Counted from the stretch's first letter, positions 42,472-54,900 are shown. The stretch is DNA of 64,000 bases from Corallochytrium limacisporum Hawaii (GCA_002811645.1 PDIP01000045.1:147827-211826), one strand, 5' to 3'. The notes: generated by a model not told the origin, from the sequence alone. Numbers and translations: made by a program.

Positions 42472-45400
42472 GCAAAGTATAGTTTTAGTTTATAGTTGCC
42501 TCTATCGAGTTGGGTTGTCATATGGACCGGGGCGCTACGCAACCATGTAATGGCGCAGTGATTTTGCCCAAAGACTCTGATGGCGCATCGTGATATCACA
42601 GCTAGCGGTAGATCTGCACATGCACAAAGCACCATGCAGTGGATGACAACCATCCCGGCTCCATGACTCACTTACCTTATTCTTGTCGTACTCCAGACAT
42701 GCCCACCGGAGTCATCAAAAGCAAATCCGCTTACACACGCCTGTCTCTATTGCGTAGGACAGACTGGGTGGTTGGCACATTGATGGTCTATCCACACATA
42801 CATCTGTTGAAGCCTTTGATTGTATCGCAGCGCTGGCTTGAAGGGGTTAGGGGCCCATCGAGACCCGTAGCTGTGCCACCTGTGACCGCAATACTGAGTG
42901 ACCAGAAGAGCTCATAGGCCGATCTAGGTACCCATCCTTCTAGACACCAAGTCATGCGCAGCGGCTCTAATGACACACATTCCCTAGAGAGAGTGAGTCT
43001 GCTGTAGGTGTGGAAGAATCAGCGCACAGGGAGCGCTCTCAGAGCGCTCCCGCTTGTCACCAATTCTGGATTGTTGCCAAATAATCCGGCTCCGAATTTT
43101 CGCTGGTGCATCGACTGTAAGCGCTTAGGCTATACACTTTCGAAACCTACAAGAGGGTTGCACGTACGGCTCGGTGATGCGTCTGCGCGCTTGGGCCCGG
43201 CAACTGGCTTTTTCATTGCCACACACACAACCATACGGATACGAATCGTTAATACAAGAGGCCACGCACAGCAATGCAAAGAATGGCGCCTGAAACTAAT
43301 CCGACGTGGGACGACATCAATGATTTCACACGCAACCGAAGGAGGTAAACCCAGAACGTAGACACCTACCACCCCCTTATCCAATGTAATAAAAGCCGTG
43401 GCCCATACTAAATGTGCTGAGATTCTGGTCGAAACTTGATGAGGAAATTGGCGGAAGTACAAACTCGGTCCCAGGGGAGGGAGGAGTGTCCACCCTTCGA
43501 AGAGTCCTAAAGCTCTCCTGCCCTGCGTGCCATTAACGCCAAGAATTTTCGCATGGCATACTAATCATTAGGAATTTCGCACCGAGTACGCTACGTTCCA
43601 CCCACGCTATGGCGGTGTAATACACCACGTCCGCGCATCCACAGATGTGGGTCGCCTCCTCAGAGAGACAGCGGTGATCCTCGGTCTGGAGCTGCGGAAC
43701 AGGTGCAGAGATTAGAGAGCATCCGTCATCATCGTGTGCACATGATCACCTTCCAATTAGTTAAGTTTATCACGGCCGTTCAGTAACGTGGCGGACGATG
43801 CGAAACAAGGATCCCGACATCAAAGCTTGCCTTTCCCATTTGATCAATGCCCGACACGTTTGAAACATTTCTCTCATTCTCCGGCGATACGGGGGCCTAC
43901 TTACCGAGAATCCTGGAAGGTACAATTGCTTCTCATGTTATGTGTCCGCACGGTGACCGACAAAGTTATGACGATGTATGTCCCTTGTTCCCCCCCCGTC
44001 CTCCAGCCACATGCACACGCGGCGCAAGTGGGGGATAATCAAAACCAAAATTCTTGACAGGAAAAACGAGTCAGCCACAGTGGGCGACCACAGGAACAGA
44101 AAGGGCCCTCTCTACTTTTTTGGTTTGGGGGGGGGGAGGGGGGTGGAAGAGGGAAGGGGGTGTTGTCGAAAATGGCACGCACCACCGGCCCCCCTGGGGG
44201 GGTCCAACATCCGAATTTGGGTTCTCAATTTCTAAACTAACTGCATGTCCGGGAGATAAGGGCGAAGAGGGAGTGTTCCTTTCTTTCCAATTTTGTCTTC
44301 GCGACGGTCCCACCGGTGGCGGAATACCCGAGCCTTGGCCCGGTAGCGCAGCGGTTCGCAAGATTGGTTGTATTTGCCCCGGTTTCCTTCTGGAACCACT
44401 ATCAGAATCTATCAACAACGATCATCAGAACTGTTCCGGCACCACCCCAGCTCCAAACCGCGCTGCGATCCCTGGGCAAGCCCATTTGCCATCGTGGCTC
44501 AATGTTTATGGTGCGCTTGCAGAGACACGCAAAATGATGGCGACGATCATCGTGATCATGGTAGGGACTTGGTAGTGTTGAACAACGGAGGCCCCAACGC
44601 ATTTGGGTCCGCAGTAATTGGGTGGGGACATGCAGACATAGAGATACATACACATGCTCAATGTACGAAACGATGGTTACAATACCGTTCGTGTGTGTAT
44701 AACGCGATATAAAGTGGCAGCAGAGACCGTTACAGCAACACTTTGCACGTTCCGGTACAACTGCTATTTTGGCCCACTGCTTGCAACCCTTTGACCCAAT
44801 ATCTGTCCGTGCCACATGGACGAAACACAATGCCGTTCGGATTCAGTGTTACATCCACGAAAGCTCTGTCTGTATAGGTTCACCATGTGTGTGACCAATA
44901 ATCGGACCAACCAAGTACCCATGTTGATTCCTTGAGGTGACCTCAAACTGGTCTACTTGCGTCAGTTTTCGTCCATCGTATCCCATTGCGACCGATTTTA
45001 CTCTCTCGCTATTGCCGATGCTGTGTCTCGTGTTCTTTTAAGCGCTTGGATCCCATGTCTCTCCTGTGTTCAGACGTCGTAACCCCAATATGCCCAAGCA
45101 TGACGTCCGCGGTTCATATTATCGGGCTTGTTCAATTTACGGTACCCGTCGCTGTGCGCCTCTCGGTAAAAGTCCAAAAAGACAAAAAGGAGAGAACGTA
45201 AGGCAGCGCCACAGCACAAGAGAGAACCCGCCCCCACACCCGGCTCTGTCCATTATCGGAAAGAGACGAGGCCGAAACGAACACAAATTAACCACACCAC
45301 AACACACGCACCCACGAAGAAAAAAACAAAAAGAAAAGGAAAGAAAAACGGAAAACGTTTACGGTACACAGCACAACAGTGTTTCAAAACGCAGGGAGCA

Positions 45401-48400
45401 TGCACCGGCAACAACCACCCACCCACACACCCACATATATATATCACCAGAACAGTTGTTTTGAAGCCCTCCGATTTGGTCCGTGTGTCTCAGTACCAAT
45501 GGCTACGTTTTTTTTTAATAAGCTGGACTGTGGGATCTCTCTTTCATCTTTCTTTTCTTTTGTCCATCACTGTTTCATGAAGAAAGTTTCTGTCCCCACC
45601 ACTGCCGTCCATTTTTCTTTGTCCTGCCGCGGGTCCACGTTTCCCTCTTATTTTTTTCTCCCTTGGTGGGGGTTGAGCTAGATATGGGGATCTTGCCGTC
45701 GAGAGTAGATTACGATAATGGAACTGCAGCTACTCTAGGCGTTGGAAAAGATGTGAAAAATTCTTCACTCTCAATCCCCCCTGAGAAAAATGTCACTACG
45801 GAGAGCGAGAGAGATCTCAGGGGATATCCAGTCATTAGACGGACAAGCGAAACAAAAAACACCAACAAGCCTGGCCCTTGGTAGTGGCTCTCCGTTGTTA
45901 GCTCAGTTTAGTAGTACGACATCTTTTAATCTGTCATGGAACTCCTTTGCATTGCTGGACTCCTATCTTGTTACGCCGAGGCGGAGAATATTGAACCGTC
46001 GTAATTGTTGTTCTTTTTTTCGTACGCCCGTGAGATTCATTTTTTACATTGCTATGTGTTTACTATGATATGATTGGGTTCCAACAACACAGTCTTGAGT
46101 GGCCCCTGTCAGTCCTGATGTATGAATATTCTGTGGCTGAAATATCGCTTAGCAATTCGTTTAACCGTGAGCGGCATTCGGTAATTTGTTCATTATTTAA
46201 CTATACACCGACGGTCCCCAGCTGCCCTCTGACTTTTTGCTGCCCATCTTCGGAAAGTCACGCGTGCCCCCGACATTCTTGCGGTGTCGTTGTTCTTTGT
46301 TTTCTCATCTTGCTATACATTTAATATTGAACATAATAAGAGGGATGACCGCGGTATTCCAAAAAGGAAAGTTTTACGTCGTGGGAGGTCGATGTGAAAA
46401 CAGCCTCCTCCGGAGCAAGACACTATACGGAGCAGTCAGTCGCTCCTTGTCACCTCGTGTAGGAAATCCTTCCCCGAGCACAAAGATAAAAACCCGGGGT
46501 GACTGATTAGTTTCGCGAGTAGGGTTCATATCAGAAGTCCAAAGGGAGAAGGCCAGAGAGTGGAACAGTTAAACTGTGCAGGTCGCCTGGATGCCAATGC
46601 CGAATGTTTTGCGCGGAGTACGCGGGCTTTGCCCGTAAACACACACGTTTTCCACAAACCGAAAACAACAAAAAGAAACCGCGATGAATCCGCAGTTTCT
46701 CCTAATCACCGGCAGATTCTGCAGTACATTTTTCTTTATTTTCAGACTCGAATCACCTTCACGGCACTCCATCGGGCACAGCAATTACTCAAACGGCACT
46801 ACCAGATCGATAACGGACATACTGGATGTCCAACTATTTTAATGTAGTACATTTAATATGGGACCAGGCTAAATTCTTTTTGTATGACCAACTTGGGTAT
46901 TTCGTCAGCGGCGGCTGAGCATACGTGCTATTCCCTAGTGAATGTTTACGGATTTCAGACCCCACGGACTCTCTACGGGTTTTAGATAAAACTCTCACGC
47001 ATCTGCGACCTCCACGAACCTCCATCAGTTTTCCATACTGAAACTACGTTCGGTGCCGCGGATTGAAGTTTTTATCTTCACTCTCGTTCCACAACACGCC
47101 CTGCGTACACGTATATAGCTCTTTTTCTTTTTTCCTTTCGTTTTTTCCCCTCTACCTCCCTGTGGTCTGTTTTTCTCACACCGACATATGATGTTGTATA
47201 ATAAATGTACTGAGAATTATGCTCAATTTCACGCCACACACATGGAGCAATGATTTCGTTGTGCCAGAAAGAGTTTTTCGACGTCACAAGGGCCGGTTGT
47301 TCGGGAGTCCGTTTTGGATTCGGAAGTGTCTGAGGAAGGTTGCATTTTCTTGCACTTCGTCGGTAGTTCCTATAGATAGCTTTAAGACTGCAACAGAATC
47401 CAGGTCACCCCGATACGTATTTTCTTTCCCCCGCCCGGGAGGGGGGAGATGATGCGGACCGCGTGACCAAGCCGCGTACAGCCAAAACCCTGTGCCCGAA
47501 AATGGTAGGCACTTTGTGATACACGGGCTGGACAACTTGTACAGCTTTGCTCCGTGTACACCCTGACTTCCTCCCCCCCCCTCTCTTCTCCGGGGAGGAT
47601 CTTTGCAACGGTGTGTCGTGTTATTATTTCAATTTTGTCCCCTGTGCACTCACCAGGAGTCTGCCCATACATACGCTATAAGGCAAGTGGGAAGAGCGGA
47701 AGCCTCAGCGTTGGAGCCAAGTTTGGCCCTCTCCTTCCTCAGGAGAGAGGAGAGTGGGAGGGAAGAGAAGGAGAGAAGGAGAGCAAAAAAAAAAAAGGAG
47801 AGAGGAGGCGGTGGGTGGTGATTTGGTCATTTTGCAGCGCGGAAACGGGGGGGGACGGCGGACCCGGTAGTGATAAGGAGGCGCAACCGTAGCGAAAAGC
47901 CAGAAGAGGAGGAGGAGGAGGATTTTGGGTAGTTTTCTTTTCTGTGCCGAGTGCAACCCATAACCCCCGGGAACCTTCTTGGGTACACACACGCACACAT
48001 TGACACCCCATGCGCGAGTGGCGCACACACACACACTCCCCCGTGGAACCAGGGGTGTTCTAGAGAGCACAGTGGCTGTTTAAGAGAGAGAGAGCGAACA
48101 CGACCCTCTTTGCGCCATACTCAATCATTTGCTATTTTTATCAAACGTGTATGTATTACCGTTCCAAACGCAACAGAGACCACACAACCCAAAGAGAATT
48201 ATCCATCGGGGGAGTGAAATCAAGACCGACCTTCCCTTATCCACAGAGGATTTCAACCGAGAGAAATAGAAGGGGAACATGGGAGATTGGGGTGTTTGCA
48301 TTTCGTTCGGCCAACACTGGCAAAGGGCAAACTAACAAGGAGGGTTGGGAGGGGAGTGAGTGGGGAAAAGGGGGGAAAAGCACGCATCTGGGACGAACGC

Positions 48401-48735
48401 GGCCCATCGAGTTCTGAGCGCGAACGTTTTGCTGTCTTCTCATGCTCAGATAGTGTTTGCATCTTGGTGCTCACAGTGCTCAGCCATCGAATTGCTTACT
48501 CCGCCAGTCCGTTTCTCTGGTGATGTAATGGGATGTGCAGGATAGATATCTAGCATATGTACGGGTACTTGAAGATCCGAATCCCTCCTACTTCATCAAC
48601 GCAACTGATGAGTTTCCCGAGGAATGCCCGCGATCTGAAGACCGCGATAGCGAACATAAACTAGTCAGGGTAGATTAAGATATAGATTACGTAGACACAC
48701 AGACTTACTGATATACACAACAAAAAGTAGTCAAC

Positions 48736-50118
48736 ATGAAGCTGTCTCTTCTGGCAGTTGCCCTGGCCGCCCCAATCTTGGTTGCGGCTGATGTCGAGAA
48801 CTATATTATTACTCTGCAAAAGGGTGTTGTCCAGGAGTACAAGCAAGACCCTTCCAAGTACAAATTTGAGAATGACGCTGGCGTCGTTCTAGCAGAGATT
48901 GAAAGGGCTTTTGTTTTCCACAACAATGTCATGATCGGAGTGACTGCAGACCCCTCTCAGATTCAACTTTTGGAAGCCTTGCCTTACGTGGCCGTAGTTG
49001 AGCCCGATCAAAGTTCGGTGCGGTTACCGGAGAATCCTAATGATTTTAGCGCTTCTGATTTTGAGGAAGATGAAAGTCTCCTGACGTTCAGCGCAGCAAG
49101 CGCAGAGGCGTCAACGGCGTCAACATCTGCACCAGCGCCCACTATTACAACGCAGAACGTCGCGAATTTGTACCACCTGGATATGCTTGACCAACGGGAC
49201 GGTGGACTGAACAGTTTATATCAGTATGCTTCCATTGGCGCTGGCGTACATCTCTATGTTTTGGATGATGGCGTCCGAGGCACACATCAGGAATTCTCGG
49301 GCCGTGTAGGAGATGGGGCGGACTTTGTTGGTGACGGTCTTGGTAAAAGCGGTGGAAACGTGTGTGGTTCTCACGGGACTCATGTTGCTGCCGCCGCAGC
49401 TGGTACCACTTACGGCCCAGGCAAGGGTATGATTGTGCACTCTGTGCGCGTCCTCGACTGCAATGGTAGTGCTTCTGGTAGTACCGTATTGGCGGGTTTA
49501 GAATGGATTATGAACAATGCTCAATTCCCCGCAGTGGTGGTCGCCTCTATTGGTGGCGAGTATAGCTCTGCAATCAACAACGGCTTTAGTCAGGTCATGG
49601 ATGCGGGTATTGTTGCCGTGACTGCTGCTGGCAATGAAGGTAGAGACGCGTGCATTACTTCTCCAGCGTCCACACCAGGGATCATCTGCGTCGGTGCCAT
49701 TGACTCCACTTACACACGTCCCTCCTTCTCCAATTTTGGCAACTGTGTGACCTTGTCCGCTGCTGGGGTCAATGTCCGCTCCGCTAGTCATAAAAGCGAC
49801 AACGCTTCAGTCCGCTTCAGTGGTACCTCAGTGAGTGCACCTATCGTTGCTGGTATTGCTGGTCAATACCTCTCTTACTTCCCGGATGCATTGCCATCTG
49901 ACGTCTACAACGCTGTCTCGTTCATCGCTACCCCCGGTGTTGTGACTAAGTCCAATGGTTCTCCAACTAAATCTGCCTACGGTTATGGGCGCGATGAAGC
50001 CCTGGGTGACAGCAGCTTCAACACCACTGCGCCTGCCAATAACAGCTCTGGCGGCCCAGTGACTGCTTCCATGGGCCTGACTAGTCTGCTGGCCATTGCG
50101 AGTGCGTTCTTGTTGTGA
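48736..50118 (+). CDS. Secreted, probably GPI-anchored subtilisin/proteinase K-like S8 protease with propeptide
   Basis: Signal peptide MKLSLLAVALAAPILVAA; triad YVLDDG / HGTHVA / SGTSVSAP; oxyanion AAGN; Ser/Asn-rich linker then hydrophobic C-terminus. Confidence 0.92.
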   Translation: MKLSLLAVALAAPILVAADVENYIITLQKGVVQEYKQDPSKYKFENDAGVVLAEIERAFVFHNNVMIGVTADPSQIQLLEALPYVAVVEPDQSSVRLPENPNDFSASDFEEDESLLTFSAASAEASTASTSAPAPTITTQNVANLYHLDMLDQRDGGLNSLYQYASIGAGVHLYVLDDGVRGTHQEFSGRVGDGADFVGDGLGKSGGNVCGSHGTHVAAAAAGTTYGPGKGMIVHSVRVLDCNGSASGSTVLAGLEWIMNNAQFPAVVVASIGGEYSSAINNGFSQVMDAGIVAVTAAGNEGRDACITSPASTPGIICVGAIDSTYTRPSFSNFGNCVTLSAAGVNVRSASHKSDNASVRFSGTSVSAPIVAGIAGQYLSYFPDALPSDVYNAVSFIATPGVVTKSNGSPTKSAYGYGRDEALGDSSFNTTAPANNSSGGPVTASMGLTSLLAIASAFLL

Positions 50119-50267
50119 ATTTGTAAACACTTCTCATCTCATACGAAATCATCTTAGCATCTTTTCCATCCATAGCATCAATTCCTTGTGCCAGTTTACA
50201 GGGAGCCGCACACACAAAGAACATAGATTACAGAAATAGTTCATGGGCGTGTACACTTTGTTCCTAG

Positions 50268-50729
50268 TCAAGTTGTGACGACTGTCGATGATGCCGTGAA
50301 AGAAACCGTGTTTCCGCTATTTGTTGCTGTGATTACGGGCAAGTTGGCCTCATAGCCAGGTCCACCAGAACGCAACGCTATGGCCCCTACCGTACCCCAC
50401 AGCGATTGGAACCGTATCTGCGCACGATTTGCTTGGCCAATGGTACTAACGTTCCGTACGTCGTCAATCAGCAAACTGATACCAAGCGCAGTATTTTGTC
50501 CCGAACTGGTTGACCACTGATAGCTGACAGATTTCACCACATTTGAGCAAGTGTCAGCTGCCAGTAAGGGCACCGTAGCATTTCCACCGGGACACTCAAT
50601 TGCCGTCCCGCTCTCGTTCCCCTTTCCCCCTTCGCACCCCCACCACCCTTTTACTGAACCTTTGGCCTCCTGCTCCGTGCGTAAAGAGAAACGGAACTCC
50701 GGCACCTCCCCGGAGAATTGACTAATCAA
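50268..50729 (-). other. ATG-less 153-codon ORF, possible 3' exon, recoded gene or gene fragment
   Basis: Protein-like Ser/Thr/Gly/Val-rich sequence with three Cys and several N-x-S/T sites; stop lies 149 bp from the protease stop, like real convergent pairs; contains no ATG. Confidence 0.35.
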
Positions 50730-51001
50730 TAATTCCGACTGAATCTGTGCAATTCAGACAAGGGCGGGACGAAGGTCGCTTTGGCATCTGTTGCTTTGAA
50801 TTTCGCTTTGCGTTGCCGGAGTTCATGTACGGATGTGTCGGTCTATATTCGCCCAGGGATGGAGATGAACATAGTCTGAATAGAAGATATTTCTTGGTCC
50901 CTGACAATGTCCTTGACGGTTCAGATTTGATCTCAATGGGCGGCTTGTTGACCTGGAATCCTCATAACAATCCTGAACGGTTCACTTACAATGAAAAGAT
51001 C

Positions 51002-51844
51002 ATGATGACGGGATTGCGAGTCGTTCTCGCGAAGGAACCATCTCTGAATGGGAATGATCATGACCCGTATGTACAAGCATTTCAGAAGCAGGATGCTACG
51101 ATTGAGTACGTCCCCATACTGAAACACAACACAGCATCCGAAAGTGAGATCCGCAAGAAACTTTCGGACCAACATGCCAGTGAGTATCTTGGAATAGCGC
51201 TGACTAGTACAAAGGCTGTGAGAGCCATTCAGCAGGCATTTCCTGTAGAATCAACGCCACTGTCATCCTCTTGGACAGAGCTTCCGTATTTTGTTGTGGG
51301 AGCGAAGACAGGTGCCGCGGCAAAGGATTTATTTCGTGGCCGAGAGGCCGCCTTAACTGCAGACAATGCAACGACACTGGGAAAAGAGCTGCTCACATGG
51401 ATCGATGACAAACGCAGCAAGGGAAGCGAATTTGATGGAAAGAAAGTCCTCTTTCCCTGCAGTGCAATTGCTCTAGAAAACCTACAAGCAATGTTGGCGA
51501 AAGGAGAGACAGGTATCCAACTGGATCGATGGCATGTGTATAGTACTGGACCTGATCTCCAGGGTGCATCAAAAATACGGGAGGCTCTCGAGTCCGGTAA
51601 GACTGATGCTGTGGTGTTCTTTAGTCCGTCAGGTGTGAGTGCTGTCCTCGGAACAAATCCATCGCCATCACCGGCAAGGGCTGCCTTTGGGGCCATGGGA
51701 CCCAGTACGGAACAGACCCTACGGGATTCTGGGCATGTTGCCTCCTTTGTTGCGGCCCATCCCACCCCAGAGGACCTCGCCGAGGCCTTTGGAGCGTGGA
51801 AGGACTCTCTGACTACCAAGACAACGTGGAAGGTGATCAACTGA
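51002..51844 (+). CDS. UROS: Uroporphyrinogen-III synthase (HemD/HEM4)
   Basis: DPYV, VPIL, LTSTKAV, FVVGAKT, NATTL, VLFPCS, VYST, VFFSPSGV, AMGPST, PTPEDL; likely start MMTGLRVVL at 51002. Confidence 0.9.
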   Translation: MMTGLRVVLAKEPSLNGNDHDPYVQAFQKQDATIEYVPILKHNTASESEIRKKLSDQHASEYLGIALTSTKAVRAIQQAFPVESTPLSSSWTELPYFVVGAKTGAAAKDLFRGREAALTADNATTLGKELLTWIDDKRSKGSEFDGKKVLFPCSAIALENLQAMLAKGETGIQLDRWHVYSTGPDLQGASKIREALESGKTDAVVFFSPSGVSAVLGTNPSPSPARAAFGAMGPSTEQTLRDSGHVASFVAAHPTPEDLAEAFGAWKDSLTTKTTWKVIN

Positions 51845-51939
51845 ATAGAAATGTATAGTAGTCTATGTGAGCGCTTTGCATCTGATATGAATCTAGCTAC
51901 ATGCATATTCTTTAAAGCCATACTTTCGGTTTCTTCATT

Positions 51940-54900
51940 TTACTTGGCCTTCAGAGTCCGCTGCTTCTCAGCATTCTCAACAACCTTCTCGTCTACGTGA
52001 ATACCCTTGCGACGACGAATGTCGTTCATGTAGCGCCGAGCAATGTTTTCTGCGTCAGCCTTCTCGCCATAGTACTCAAGCTCCTCCTCCGTAGTGGGGA
52101 CCCAGAGCGGATCCTGTTCTAGAATTTCCCAGCCCTTGAACACAAGTTGTGGTGCTGCCAGACCGGAGGTACGCTTACGGATCTCTTCCGCAAACCCGAA
52201 GCTTTCGACGACGGGGATCACAGATTTAATTATGAAGCTGTCCGTACCTTCTTTCATTTCCTCGGATAGAATGCGTCCGGAGCGACGGCCAATGACACTG
52301 TACACCTTACCCAACACTTCGGTCGTTGCCTGGATCTCACAGCTGTACATGGCGACCATTAGGCGAGCCGGTTGGGCAAGGAATGCCTGTCGGCAAGCTT
52401 CACGCATACCAGGGATGGCCGGACCGGTGAGTGACGAAAGAGTGTTAGCCAAAGTTTGATCCGCATCAGGATGTAACTCGACGGCACGGAGGACAAAGGC
52501 GACTCCGTGTACTGCTTCACCACAGAGTGGTCCGTTGCCGGTGGCCATGCTGAAACCTTGTTGAAAGGATGACTCCAGTGTTCGACCAATCATCCGGTGG
52601 TCTTCGTCTGTACCAGCCTTCGGTATCTCGCTAAGAAGCTTATGGAAAGCCGCCGAGAACGGAATATCTGTCACGTTGATCAGAACGTTGGGTCCGTAGG
52701 AGCGCGGCCCCAGGGTAACAATTTTGGAAAGTACATTCATGAAGGCCTCTTCAACAATCTCGCCGCAATTGGCTCGAGCATAGTCACCAGTGGGATCCTT
52801 TGCTGCCTCTGCGAATGCTTTACTTAAATCGCTGGCCACTGCCTTCGCATCATCCATCAGATGTTCGTCCAAAGCGACCTTGTCAGAAATCAGCGGATGC
52901 AGTAAGTCCTTGTTCTGTTCAATGATCTCTACGGCTTTTGCGGGCATCGGCACCGCGCTCAAGTGCAGTAACATCCGTCCATTGCTCACGGTGTACACCT
53001 GCTTGGGCTCAATGGGCTTCACTTGCAAGATCTCTTCTTCACGCACATCAAGTCGTGGCAATCGGATTACAGTTTCACGGAACTGCACGATGGGTTTTGA
53101 TGCGTGCACTGGTACGCCTGCGTACATTTCGTCCAGGTCCTTGAGGCAAGTCTCGAGATGCACTTCACCGGAACAAGCGAGCATGTATTCACCAGTCTGT
53201 GCCACCCATGTTTCAACCGCTGGATCGCTTTGGTTCAAAAGTTCCAAACCCTTCTGGACTTCTTTCATATGCATTGGATTGACAGGCTCAATAGCAACGT
53301 GCACAATGGGAGCAACATCAAAGTACATCGGACTGACTGAAGGACAGGGAGTAGACAAATCACTGATGGTTGCGGTCTTGAACACGGTGCCTTCCAGACC
53401 TCGAATACCAATAATGTTGCCAGCCGAGCACTCCGGGACACTTTCGAGCTCCCGGCCCATGAAGAGATACAAATCCCCTACATTCTTGCGTACCACTTCC
53501 TTGTCACGGTCACCACTGAGGGCATCAAAACGTGGAGGAATGATCTGCACGGTCTGGCCCGCCTTGAGCGTCCCTGAATACACCCGCGCGAACGCAATCA
53601 TTGTATGATCAGAGTTCTTCTGCTGAAGGGTGCCATTAGAGTTACCTGCCATCGCTCCTGCAAAATCAAAGCCATACTCATCACCAGCCTCTTCTCGCAT
53701 ATTTTGCAGCTCACGTTCTCTCCTGAGGCGCTCCAGTTCTGCTTTCCGAGCAGCCTCCCGTTCCTGTTCTCGCTTCATACGTTCCGCCTCAGTCAGTACA
53801 GGCAGCGACGAGTTGGGAACAGCTACCATCTTGCTGATGTACACCATCAAGGGTGCGTCTTCCGCAAAGTCGCATGCTTGCACGGACTCCTGGATCTTCT
53901 TAACCTCTGTGGGGAACGCATTGTGGTCCTTCTGTCCATACAGGAGACGTCCTGCACGCTCTGTAGTCATTGCACTCGGTGCGGGAAGCAGATCCACCAC
54001 CGCGGTCAAAACAGACTGCGCAAGCGGTAGCCATTGGGACATAAGTACTGGCAATTGTATCTCAATGTCTTTGTTTCGCGCATCCCTAGTGTTCATATTG
54101 AGTTGCAGGGCGCCCGCGACCTTTTCAATCTTATCCTGGTCACGACTCTGGATCACTTCAAAAAATTTCCACAGGTTCTCGAGCACAATTTGGACAAAGA
54201 GTGGTTTCTTACCCTTGGATCCTGCTCCGGGAAGAATCTTTTTCTGGGCCGGACTGATGTAGTAGTCGCCCCAAAGAGTTGCCTGCAATACCTTTTCCTT
54301 TGCCTTTAGCTTCGCTGCGTATAGCTTGGCGAAGTCGGAAACCCGGAACGCCCATCCTTGGAACGCGCTAGCAAATATGACATTGTCCTTTTCGGGGCTG
54401 AAGTAAAGGTGTTCATCGTCGACGTCATCAATTGCCCATTGCTCAAGACTGATGCCCACTCCTTCGTCATTAGCATCGTCTTCATCAGCCGTTACATCTT
54501 CGGATTGTATCTTGTCAAAACCGGCTCCAGCAGCTTTCGCCATTAGGTCCGCTGTGTGCAAGTGGGCCACAATCGCATTCGCCTGTTCTATCACCCTCTG
54601 TAAGTGCTGATATGCCTGCTCCGGTGTCAGCTGAAGCTCTGTAATGAGACGGTCGACTTTATTGATGACCAGCAAAGGGGCAATACCTTCGATCCAAGCT
54701 TGGCGCATGACTGCATGTGTCTGTGGACACACTCCCTCTACCGCGTCTATCACAATGAGGCACCCGTCACTTAGCCGGACAGCCGTGGATACCTCACTGC
54801 TAAAGTCAACATGGCCCGGAGAATCGATCAGATTCAAGAAATATGCAGCATTATCATGCCCTCCTTTGAACAGCAGTGATATTGCACTGGATTTCATTGT

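Noticed and set aside
48605-48660. CTGATGA followed by a hairpin, hammerhead-like (also near 63236)
   Set aside because: No correctly placed GAAA closing stem II and no stems I/III
50747-51001. 85-aa N-terminal extension of the UROS ORF
   Set aside because: Starts at GTG, lacks family similarity; UROS homology begins at MMTGLRVVL
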